Assembly: GCA_012862495.1 (NCBI GenBank)
Contig: BLSG01000103.1
Coordinates: forward strand, 49,941-94,484
Direction of reading: 5' to 3'
Source of the DNA: Thraustochytrium aureum
Taxonomy: Eukaryota
DNA length: 44,544 bases
Every line of letters begins with the position of its first letter. Positions within the stretch are counted from its first letter, which is position 1. Below the pieces are notes generated by a model. That model was not told where the DNA came from. It did not search any database and saw only the letters and a list, made by a program, of their open reading frames with translations. A program made the position numbers and the translations under genes. Of this stretch, positions 24,001 to 36,000 are shown piece after piece.

Positions 24001-27000
24001 GGGCCGCTTTTGCTCCGCACGGCGCGAGTACATCAACCTCCGCCGCTGCGGCCGCCGCGTCCCCGTTCAAGGTGAGCCGGATGTCGGCCACGAGCAACGC
24101 ATTCGCGACGAGCACATGCGCCGAAAGCACGAGTACGAAATGCGCTATAAGCGTATGCTCGCGGAGCAGCGTCGCGGCAAAGACAACGAGGCGATCCGCG
24201 GCACCGTCGGCTTTGTTCCAAACAGCGGCGTTCACCGCTGGACGCTCCAGTGGGGTCACGAACCCTCGCGGAGCGGTTCAGGTGACGGCGTCGGTCTGTG
24301 CTCGGAAAACACAGAGGAGTTTGGGCCAAGTGCCCCGCCGTGCCTCGGCAGCTCGAAAGAGTCGTCCAGCCTTGCGCTGTACGCTGATGGGCGCCTGATG
24401 CACCAAGGCAAGACGCTCTCCGTGACTTCTCCGCTCCCGCGAAGGCGAGGCGGAAAGGTCGCCCAGCCCGCCACCGCAGAAGGCAGTGTTGGTGCGAAGG
24501 TCGCCGAGCCCGACGCGGGAGCGGAGGCCGGCCTCGAGGGCAAGGCCGATGAGCAACCTGAGCTTGCCACCGAGCCTGCAAGCGGCGGCGGCGGCGGTGA
24601 CGACGACGACGACAACCACGACGACGCAGAGGGCGACGAGGAGGACCAGGAAGAGGAGGATGGCGATGAAGAAGAAGGGGGGGAGGAAAACGAAGCAGAT
24701 GAACAAGGCGATCACGCCCCCAACGCAGACGACGGAGTTGGCGGGGCTGCAGGATCTGCAAAGGCGGGCGAAAAGGGAGGCCGCGTCAGCAAGGCAAGCG
24801 CGGCCGCTGCGCGCAAGTCCGCCAAGAAGGACAAAGAGGACAAGGAGCTTCTTCCGCTGCTCGCACATGCCCCGGGCCCGCTTGGCGCCATTTCACGCGT
24901 GCTTCAGGGCGAGACTGTCAACGTGTGGGGCAAGGGCTCGCGCATTACCTGCGTCTTGGACACGGACGAGAGGATGGGGTTCTGTCTTTTCAAGTCGATG
25001 GTGTGGAGCTGGAGGGCGCCANNNNNNNNNNNNNNNNNNNNNNNNNNNNNNNNNNNNNNNNNNNNNNNNNNNNNNNNNNNNNNNNNNNNNNNNNNNNNNN
25101 NNNNNNNNNNNNNNNNNNNNNNNNNNNNNNNNNNNNNNNNNNNNNNNNNNNNNNNNNNNNNNNNNNNNNNNNNNNNNNNNNNNNNNNNNNNNNNNNNNNN
25201 NNNNNNNNNNNNNNNNNNNNNNNNNNNNNNNNNNNNNNNNNNNNNNNNNNNNNNNNNNNNNNNNNNNNNNNNNNNNNNNNNNNNCAATATCCTCGGCGCC
25301 AGCGTGCTTTATCCGTGCGCCAGCCTCGCCCCGTTCGACAAGATCGAGTTTGACGAGGCACCTGGAAAGGAGAAGGCGACCAAGTCAAGCACAGAGCAAG
25401 ACAAGGAGAGCAAGTCTGCCGACGAAGCTGCGCGCAAGGAGAAGGAACGCGAAAAGGCAAAGTCCGCGGCAAAGCGGAAAAGCGCAACGAAGGCGAGCGA
25501 CGGCAATGGGGGCGCCCAGGGCCAGGACGAAGACGAGGAGCAGGCCGAAGGCGAAGGTGAAGGCGAGCAGCAAGCGGCTGGACAAGACGAGGAGGAGGAG
25601 GAGGAGGACGACGAAGAACGCAAGGCCCTTCTTTTGATGGTGCAGAAGACGACTGGGATCGTGGACGACGGGCTTGTGTTCAAGGACCTCGACAACGACA
25701 AACTCGGCCGTCTCGCAGCCCGTGCCCAAGAGCTGGCCAAGCTCCAGCCGTCTGAGCCGCAGATCGTTCTGCTTTCCGATTCTGAATTAGCAAAGGCGGG
25801 GTGGACCAGGACGACGACCCCTTCTCGACCGGGCCGAAGGCTGGCGCCCGGCGCGCGGCGCGCGCCGACTCGGAACGAAAGTCGGCGTCCAGCGAGTCGA
25901 CCAAGGAGGAGGACTCGGACGAAGAGAGTGGCTCGGACGACAACTCGGAAGACGAGCTAGACGATGGCGAGAGCGAGTCATCCGAGAGCGGCCAAAGCGG
26001 GGAGTCTGAACCCGGCGAGGACGGCAGCGGGGACGAGCAAGCCCGCGGCGCGGGGAAGAGCGCCAAGGGCGGCCGAGGCAGCAGCGCTGACGACGCCAAC
26101 AAGGTGCCAGTGGAACGCTGCATCTGGATGTTCCAGGAGGAGGACATGTGGCTCAAGTACTCGGTCGTGATGAGACGCAAGCTCGAACTAGCGCGGCGCG
26201 GCGGTGCAAAAGAGTGCGAAGTCGTCGTGCGCGGAGAGAGGATGCTCGTGCGCTTCAAGAAGCTCGAAAACGCCACTGCAACCGACGTGGGCGAACAGCA
26301 ATCGACGGGCGGCGGAGGTGAAAAGACGCGCGTTCGCCGCCAAGTGGTCGGCAAGGGTGGCGATGAGCGCGGTTGGGAGACGCTCAGTATGAAGTACGAG
26401 CCCCCTACCAGCCTCCACGGCGAAGCCGCGCTCGACGTGCTGCAAAAGGTGTGGGTTGGCGAAGAGACCATGGACGGGTCAAAGTGCGGGCTTGGCTTTC
26501 TCTTTTTGTACGGCCTCTTGCAGGGCCGGCTGCGCTGCCGCATTGTGGGCTCCTCTTGGGGCTCCTGGGGCGGCTGGGGCGGCGGCTGGGGCGGCGGCTG
26601 GGACTCTGGCTGGGGCGCCTGGGGCGAGTCTTCGAGCAAGTCTGACTCGCACCGGTTTGCCACCCTTCTCGCGCAGCTGTACGCGGACCGGCGCATCAAG
26701 TCCATCCCGGCCTCGATCGTCAATATTTTGGTCCGCAACCGGCAGCTGTGCTCGCGGATGCCCGAATTCCACGACTCGCGCAAGTTCAAGCGCACCAAAG
26801 TCTTCAATGGGTGGACCGACGAACGCGAGCCGCGCGCCCCTCTGGCAGACCTGATGGGCCAAGTCGTGCCTTCGCTCCAGTCGCTCAAGCGCAAGCGTGG
26901 CGCGATGCAGTTTCCGCCGGCGCCGCCGCACCCGGAGATCGAGCCGGCGCCGTCGCAGTGCGACGTGACGCCTCTCGTCACGGACGTCATCGAGTCCGAG

Positions 27001-30000
27001 CGCGGTTCCAGCGGGCAGGCTTCCGCCACGTTCGGCCCAGGCGGCCCGCGCGCTCGCTCGGTNNNNNNNNNNNNNNNNNNNNNNNNNNNNNNNNNNNNNN
27101 NNNNNNNNNNNNNNNNNNNNNNNNNNNNNNNNNNNNNNNNNNNNNNNNNNNNNNNNNNNNNNNNNNNNNAGCGCGATCGGGTTCAAGCTTGCAGGAGACG
27201 CTGGCCGGCTGCGGATCGAGCCGCCGCTCGAAATCGAGGACGAGGACCACTTTGCGCGCGTGATGGAGCCCCTGGCTACCGCCCAGCGCCTCGCGGTGGT
27301 GTTCTTTCACGCCTCGTGGTGCCAGCCCTGCAAGACCCTCGCGCCGACCCTGCTCGCTTTGTCGCGCCGCATGCCTGGTGTGCGCTTCCTCAAGGTGGAT
27401 GTGGACGAGTGCGACGCTCTGCAGTCGCGGTTCAAGGTCGAGCGGCTCCCCACGATCAAGCTCTTCCGGAACGGCGCCGCGCCGCACAACTGCCTCGTGA
27501 CACTGTCGGGCATGGGCCGCGACACAGTCAGCGAGCTGCGCGCCCTTATCGAGGAGTATTGCACGCAGGAGGAGCGGGACGCCTTCATCACCTTCCAAGA
27601 CGAGAGCGGCGCCAGCACTGATGATGCGGAGCCCGCCTCGACTGCTCCGGAGGGCGATGCACCGTCCACAAGCGCCGACGCCCCGGACCAGAGCGCGCGC
27701 CTTGGACCCGCCAACTTGGAGGCTGCGGCGGAGCTCGGCCTCGGAACGTCGCGGCACGAGCTCGAGATGCTCGCGCACTCTCCGCTCAAGTGCGTCGAAG
27801 GGTTTCTGAGGTTTGCCTCGCGCGAGGAAATGGACCAGCGCGAAGTGGGCAACAAGATCCCCTTTGATGTGAGCGCGCACGATGCGGCGGGCAACGCCGT
27901 CGCCAAGTCGATGCTGCGGCGCATGGAGGACGACATCAAGTCGTGGAGTGCAACCGCGAACGCGCGCCAGTTTGTGGGCCTCGCGGCGTTTCCGCGCGCC
28001 ACGCTCGAGGCGCTGTGTTCTGGCGCTGACGCCAGCCCTGCAGAGCGCGGCCTTGAGCAGCTCGGCAGCCTATTGACGCAACTGCGAACCCTGCGCCGCC
28101 AGGATGCCCGCGTCGTCGAAAAGTCGCTCCCACTTCTCGTGGCCGCCGCCAACTGGGTCGATTTGACCAGCGCGGAAGCTCGCGTGGGCGGGACGGAGCG
28201 CGTGGTGCACCTGCTGCGCCGCGAGAGCGGGCAGGGAGACCTTCATCTGGATCGAGTTTCTCTTTGGGGCGCTGCTCTCCTCTCGCGCAGAGGACGACAT
28301 CCTGAGGCTCAACCCGTACCTGTCGTTGGACATGGCGCGCACTGTGCTGCGAGTCATCGCGGTCGTGCTGCTTCGCGCGAGCCGCATTGGGCATGCCAAC
28401 CGGTGCATCGGCGTTTGCGTCAAGCTGCAGGCCTCCTTGCGCAAGGTGATGGCCCTCGCGCCTGCGGAGCGGCGGGCCAAGCAAGCAGAGCACCTGCTCT
28501 CGCTGAGCCAGATTGCCGAAAACCTGGGCGAAGCCCTCGCGGACGGACGCCACTACATTCGGGAGGGCTCGCTCACGTTCGACCCGCGTTTCCTCTTGTT
28601 TGAGTTTACCTGGAACCTCCTGCTGCGGTCCAAGCAGGTCGAGATTGTGGAGATGTTCATGGCCAACCTGGGCAAGGGGGTCTCCAAGGTCAAACAGATG
28701 ATCATGGGCGCCGGCAAGACAACCGTGGTGGCCCCGCTCCTCGCGCTCATGCTCGCTGACGGCAAGAGCCTTGTAATGAGCGTCGTGCCAAAGGCGCTGC
28801 TCGAAATGTCCCGGACACGCATGCGCGAGACCTTTGCCACCATCATGCAAAAGCGCATCTACACACTCCAGTTCGACCGGAGCACGGCGGTCCACCCGTC
28901 GTTGTGCCGCGGGCTGGAGAACGCTGTCCGCAACAGAGGCATCGTCGTAGCCACGCCCACCGCCATCAAGAGCATCATGCTCGCATACATCGAGACCCTC
29001 GATAAGATCTCCGAGGCACGGCGCCTTGGTGTGCCTCTCACGGTCCGGGCGATGGCAACGTCAGGGCTGCACGGATCGGCTGACGCACAGGCGGCAACCA
29101 AGCCCTCTGCCCAGTCTGCCGCAAACGTCGGCCCAGAATCTTCGGGCAAACCTCCCAAGGCGGGGTCCGCCACTGTGCTCTCGATCGAGGAGCAGGCAAG
29201 CGAGCTCGAAAAGGTGCTTCGCATTTTCCGAAGCGGGTCGATGCTGCTCGACGAGGTGGACCTCATCTTGCACCCCCTGAAGAGCGAGCTCAACTTTCCG
29301 ATGGGCGAGAAGTTTGACCTTGATGTGTCCCAGCAAGGCGAGCGCTGGAGCCTGCCGACGCACCTCTTGGACGCCATCTTCTTCACGGAGCGCGGCAAGG
29401 TGTCCACCTTCGAGCAGCGTGGGCAGGCGCTCGAGATCTTGCGGCGCCTCTCGAGCATTATTGAGGAGGGGTACGCCTCGCGCGCGCTGCAAAAGCTGCC
29501 GCACATCACCTTGCTCAACCTGCAGTTCTACCAGGACCGCATGCGACCCGTCCTCGCCGAGTGGGCGTACCTCTGGCTCCAGAAGCACCACTTGCACGGT
29601 GTGGACCGCACCGAGGCAATCCGCTATGTCATCGACGGCGGCGAGCCACGGTCTGCTGCGCGCCTCAAACTAGAAGGCGCGAACAGTGACCTCGCAGAGA
29701 CGGCTGAGATTGTGGAGGGCAAGGACGGGGCCAGCGAGCGCGCGCCGCCTCGCGCCGCGCGGGCCGTGCACCTTGCTGCGGTTCAGGCCGTGTCCAAGGA
29801 GATCCATGAGGTCACCGAGCGGCTCTACGAAACCGAGGCCGAGCTGGTCGCTCACAACGAGGAGGCGGGCCAGCTCATGGGCGAGCTTCAGGCGCGGATC
29901 GCCAAGCTCACCCGAAAGGTCGAGGAGGCCCAGTACCCGCGGGACGACTCGCTGGACAACAACGTCGTCGTCTGGCTGTCGATTGCCTTTTCCCTCGCGC

Positions 30001-33000
30001 AAGGCTCATCGCGAAGCCAGGACGAGTCCTCCGTTCTCGCAATGGTCGGCAAGCTCGAAGAGTCGGGGCTCACAGTTAAGCGCAGCGAGGACGAGGATAT
30101 CGCCATTCGCCGCACCTTTGACCTGTTGGCCGCTGGGCAGCTACGTTGCATCGTCATTGGTGGTGACGAGTCCAGGGTGGGCTGCGGGGACGACTGCGAT
30201 GAGTCTCACGGCACCCGTTGCATTCGCTGCGGCGGAGACTGGGGCTCGCACAATGGGCACAACTGCCAAGACGGAATGGGAGCCCGCGGCTCTTTCCGCC
30301 TGGACGAAGGCGCCGTAGTCTATGACACGACCGAGGTCGTCAGGACCTTGGTCGGGGTGCGCGCCAAGGGATCCCGGGTGCCCAAGGGCCGCGTAATCGT
30401 CTTTGCGGCCCACACCGACATCCCTGAGGAGGACCGCATGGAGCTGTGGGACCTCGGGGTCACTGTCGTAGACTCCGCGGAAGACCTCGCAAAGGTCGTG
30501 GAAGACATCCCCGACCATGGCCAAGCGACGAGCGGCGGGCCGCAGCATGGGACCGGCGAAGGCGACTTCGAGTCCAAGAACGAGGAGGCGGGCGATGCAG
30601 CGGCGGTAGACGAACACCAGGTCGAAGCCGGGTACTCGACAGAGGACGACGAGAACGTCGTGTTCTTGCGCGACACGCTTGGGCGCGACGCGGAAGGGCG
30701 GCGGGTCAAGCCTCGCGCTGGGATCCCGCTTTCGCCGCAAAAAGCCAACGAGATCGGATTCGCGGCGCCCCCGGCACTGTCGCTGGAGCGCGTTCCGAGC
30801 ACAGGGTCGCGCCAGCTTCAGTTTCTGCGGCGCCGTCTCGNNNNNNNNNNNNNNNNNNNNNNNNNNNNNNNNNNNNNNNNNNNNNNNNNNNNNNNNNNNN
30901 NNNNNNNNNNNNNNNNNNNNNNNNNNNNNNNNNNNNNNNNNNNNNNCCGGCAGCGGATCTCGGAGACGCGCAACAGCTTGCAGGTCCTGCTGGAGAAAGC
31001 CCAGGCGAACGTCCGCGTCGCCATCCAACGGCTTCCCAAAGACTTGCTGAGTGAGGAGAGACGGCGTGAGCTTGCGAAGGAGGTGCGCGTATCGCACGGG
31101 ATTCACGCCTCGCGGCTCGGTGGCCGTGTCGCTGAGGCACTTGCGATTGTCGACGAGTTGCACCGATCCCACGCTGGCGCCTCCGGGACGGCGGGCGGCC
31201 TCCCTCACGGCGCACAAGCTGTGCTCGAGGCGGAGCGCGCGTTCGCCGCCCTGACGTACGAACTCCACTTCTTGGAGCGGCAGGAGCTTGCGGCCAAGAT
31301 TGTCGCGCGCGTGTCGCAGACGCACAAAAAGCTGCTCAACCTTGCTCGCGACTGGCTCCGCACTTTCCTCCCGCATTGCCTCGGCAAGGTCAACAGGGTG
31401 TCGTTTGGGCTCCTGAACGACGGCGACTGCGCGCGCGCGCTCGCCGCCGACCCGCAGATGCCCCGCAGCCGCCTCAAGCTGGCGGTTCCCTTTGTCGGCA
31501 AGGACGTGCCGAGCAGCTCGTCCGAGTTCGCCCACCCCGACATCACGATTGGGCTCACCATTCTCGGATACAGGTACAGCGGGATGCGTCTCAGCGATTT
31601 TTTTCAACGTCGTGGACGAGATGACCAGCGAGTTTTCACGCGAGATCGGGCCTGCGCGCGACCGCAAGTCGAGCCAACGGTACGAGCAATGGGTCCTGGA
31701 GGCGGGCGGCATGATCCGCGGCGTTCGGGACGCCGCCCCGGGCAGCGCGGCCTCGCCGGCCAGCGCGGCAGGGTTTGTCTCGCCGTCGCTCGCAACAGCG
31801 CGTGCCGGTAGAGACGTCGACAAGGACGCAGAGGCGCTTCGGATTGAGGCGGAGGAGCGCGAGGTCGTTCAGCTCAAGTACTTGCAAAAGTCAAACAAGG
31901 AGCAGATGGTCAAGCTCTACCGACTGTGGAAGTTCGAGCCGCTGGTGATCCACCACTATCTGAGCCACACCATACTGCCCGCGCACATGCGGTCGCAAAA
32001 GATCAAGATCTCGGCGTCCGGCCAGGCCGTGGGCGGCGACATGCTGTTCGGGCGCCGCGTCGGGTTCTCGGGGACCCCCAGCGACCTCCTTCCAAAGGAG
32101 CTCGGCCGTTGCGACTACGAGACTGGCGACGACGGCAAAATGTTGAGCACTGTGCTCGATGCTGCCACAACCTCGTTCGAGTTCATCGAAGCGGGGTGGA
32201 CTGTGGAGAATCTGCTCAAGCAGATCGCGCAGGCCAGCGAGCCGCGCTACCACGCCCTGATTGACACTGGCGCGCTCATCACCGGCTACAGCAACAAGCA
32301 GGTGGCAAAGACGTTGCTCAAGTTTGGGCTCAAGTGGTGCGACGGAGTCGTCTTCCTTGATGACGACGACAAGCTGCAGGTTTTCGTTCGTGCGACGGGG
32401 CGCGTCATCAGTGCTGACCAGTGCGGGATCCCACTTGAGCGCCGCTTTGCGTTCTACGACCAGATCCACACTACGGGAATGGATATCAAGCACGTGGTCA
32501 GCGCGCATGCGGTTATCACGCTCGGCAAGGACCTCACCTTTCGCGACTTTGTGCAGGGCGCCTTCCGGATGCGCGGCATTGGGAAGGGCCAGACGATTTG
32601 CACGTACGTGATTCCGGAGGTGCAGGAGCTCATCAAGCGCGAGCTTAGCGCCGCTCGCGTGCCTCGCGGCACGTACTGCCAACCGGGCTCGACAAGCGAG
32701 ACGCTCGTTGACATCGTTGCCTGGCTGCTCATCAACTCGATGCGGTCCGAGCAAGTGCAGTGGAGCATGCTCTCCATGCAAAACATCAGCAACGTGTACC
32801 GGAAGAACGCTCTCAAGCAGCTCGTGGCGGCCACTGCTACGGCCACCGAGGCGGCAGACGAGGCCGCTCGCGAGGGGCCGCGGGCCGGCGGGCTGGCCGC
32901 GCCGTCGTCCAGCGCCAAGGCCCCGCACAGGGCTCGTAAGCTAGACCTCAACCCGCCCAGCGGCGCACTCGAAGTGTTCCGCGAAAAGGTCGACTTTGAC

Positions 33001-36000
33001 CTGAGCGGCAACGTCCCGGACCCGCTCCCCTTCACGCAGAGGCTCGCCGAGATGCTCGCGCGCCACGAGGACTTTATCCTTGACGACAAGCAGGCGCAGA
33101 TTGGCAAGGACGTCCTTGCCGAAGTCGTCAAGTACACCTCCACAGAGGAGGAAACCTCAGCGCAAAAGCTCGAGTCGGAGCAGGAGCGCGAGCAGGAGCA
33201 GGAGCAAGAGAAGGAAGTCCGCGCGAAGCGGGAGCAGCAGATCGAGGTCGAAAAGTTTGTTGATCGCGAGTACTCCCGGGCGGACGAGCACCCCCGCGCG
33301 TGGCCTTTCAGGCTGCTTGCAAAAGACCCGGCGCGTACCAAGGCCGCGAGCGCGCCTGGCCTGGATGATGACTACCCGTTTTACCCGCTGTCCGAGTTCC
33401 GGCTCCGCCACCAAGAACCGCTTCAGTTCCCAGACTTTATGTACTTCTCGCGCAACTACTTCAACCCGACCTGGAACGGGCTGCGTCGCGTCAAGAACGT
33501 GGTCATGGTCATGGAGTGGGCGCCCTCGCGGGCAAAAATCCGCTTTTTGACGCCCACCGAGTGCTCAGCGTACCACCCGGTGAACGAGGAGAGCAAGCGG
33601 TCGCTTGGGAAGGCGTACGAACTCCTCAGCGTCAGGACCGGCCAGCTCGCCCCGGAGGACGTTCTTGAGGCCGTGTGGGCGGCCACCGACATTCGCCTCG
33701 GCGAGGAGGAGCTGGCGGACGTCATGGCCGAATATGGCACCGACCGAAACTCGCTCACGCGGGACGGCCTGCAGCGCCTGCTCACGTCTGGCCGCTTGCG
33801 CAAGACCGAAGCTGGTCGCAACTACGTGGTTGTCTCGCTCGCCGAGGCCGAGACGATCCGCCGCGTCTTGCACCTTCGGGCGGCGCGCCGCGAGCCGCTC
33901 ATCAACGGCCACGACACCGAGCTCGCCCTGCGGTACACCCCGCTCGCCACGATGGGCGGTGGCGCTGCCGACCCCAACGCGGACGAAGCAGCGCGCCCGC
34001 GGCTCGCTCAAGGTTCGCCGCTCGCCGCTGCAGTGCCAGGCGGCTCGCTCGGGCTGCGCGTCTCGACAACCGGGAGCGTTGCCGCCAGCCCGGCTCCGAC
34101 CGGCAACAAGCTCGCATTCGCTAAAGGCGGCACAAAGCTCGTCGTTGACGACGGGGTCGCCCTGGACGCCTCGATCGGCTGGCGGCCCAATGGGGTCGAT
34201 ATTGACACCCTGGCCCCTGCGTTCCAGAGCACCCTGAGTCACACGAGCGCGCGGTTCTTGGACTCGTGCCTGCACTTCAGCTCGGCGCAGCTGCGCATCC
34301 TGCTTTGCGGCCTGCAGCAAAACTCGATGCATTCGCGCGAGATGTTCTTCTTGCACACCATGAGTTGCAAGCGGCGCATCGACCGCAAATGGAGCGAGAC
34401 GCCCCTGGCAAAGATCTTCACAACGCCAGACGAATGGACCGCCTTCAAGCAGCGCGCCCAGTCCGTTTTTGTGCGGGAAGCAATCAAGGCCAAAAAGCTC
34501 ACGCCGTATGAAGCCTTCGTGGCCTTTGACGCCGACCAGAACGGGCTCCTGAGCCCTGCTGAGTGGTACGGTGCGCTCCGATGGCTCGGTGTCCCCAACC
34601 TTTCCGCCGCCGACGTTCTGGACATGCTTGAATACGCGGACAAGGACCGTGACGGGCTGATCGACTACAAGGACTACTGCGCTTTCCTCCAAGGCGAGGA
34701 CGACACAGCGGTTGCCCCGGAGGAGGAGGACGAGGAGGGCGGAGAGCGAGGCTCGTCGCTGCAGCACGCCAAGCCCCTCGTGGAGCCCTACGGCGCCGAG
34801 GTCTTGCGCGAGCTCCTCGTTGCGAGGGCTCGGGAAGAGCTCGAGCGCCAAGAAGAGGAGCGGATTCGGCGTGCCGCGTATGCTCGCGAGGCGGACATCA
34901 AGGCGTTCCAAGAGGAGCTAGTGGCCAGCCAGAGCCGAGTCGGCGGAGCCAACCCGGCCATCACCACCGACTTGGCAGACAACGACCAACTCGGGCCCGC
35001 CAAGGCAAGCGAGTACAGCCTCGCCGCGAACGAGAAGCCGTTGCGCATGACCACGACCGGCCACGCAAGGTTCGCAGGCGAGTTTTCTCTTATCGCCACC
35101 GCTGGCGCGATCGAGAGCGCAGGCAAAGTCTACTGCCCGAAGGGCCACGAGACGTCCGGCACGTGGCGCACCTGGTACTCGTGTTCCAGTTGCGGTGCAA
35201 GGAACGTGCGCCAAGAGTGTGCAAACCACATGTGCAACTACAGGCTCTGCTCTCGGTGCTTGTCGCGAATCGTGGCCGCCAAAAAGAGCTCCAAACGGAC
35301 TTGACTGAGCAGAGGACCTTCTTTAGCTGTGCTGCAGGCGCAAGCTTTTCACTCCAGGTGCCGGTCGCGATCACCGACGCCGCAGCAGCCGCGGCCGCAG
35401 AGCGGGCGGCCGAGGCGGGCGCATCGGCCGCCGACCAGAATGGCGTGCTCGGCGTAGCGCGACACGCGACCGGGTCTTTCTCGCTCACCGTCGACCTCCG
35501 CCTTGACCGCCTCCCGCCAGCTGGAAACAAGCACGCCATTCTGCGCTTCTCCTCCGGCGGGGCGGCTGCAGCATCAGCGCGGACGCAGCGAAAGCGGGCC
35601 AAAGCTCACGTGTACATCGACGAAGCGGGCCGTGTCACGAACGGAACGGTGACGCCAGCCGACGAGGCGGCGCTGGAACACTGCGCGCAGGCTCTCCAGC
35701 CTCAGCCTCTCTCGCCGCAAGACGGAGGGTCGTCAGCCACGTCGGAAGGCCGGCAAGTCGATGCCGAAGCTGTGGAGGACCACTCCGTGACGCGGGCGGG
35801 GGCGCGAGTCAAGCCTGGGGCCTGGAATGTCGTAACCGTCGTCGCAGACGCGAGCGCGGGCCGACTCGCCACTTACGTCGACGGCCGGTTGAGCATGGAG
35901 TACTCTGGCCTTCCGGCCGAGGCGCTTACCCTCGAGCATCAGATCAACCTGTTCGGCGGGGCACAGCAGCGCGACATGCGTGGAGGCGCGGTGCGTCGCG

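Noticed and set aside
31595..31610. T7 run as a programmed ribosomal frameshift site
   Set aside because: Similar homopolymer indels hit several unrelated genes in the window, so sequencing error is the simpler explanation.
28326..35304. Calling the DUF3638 protein an active ubiquitin hydrolase
   Set aside because: No intact catalytic Cys/His set was recognised. The clear motifs here are NTPase/helicase-like.
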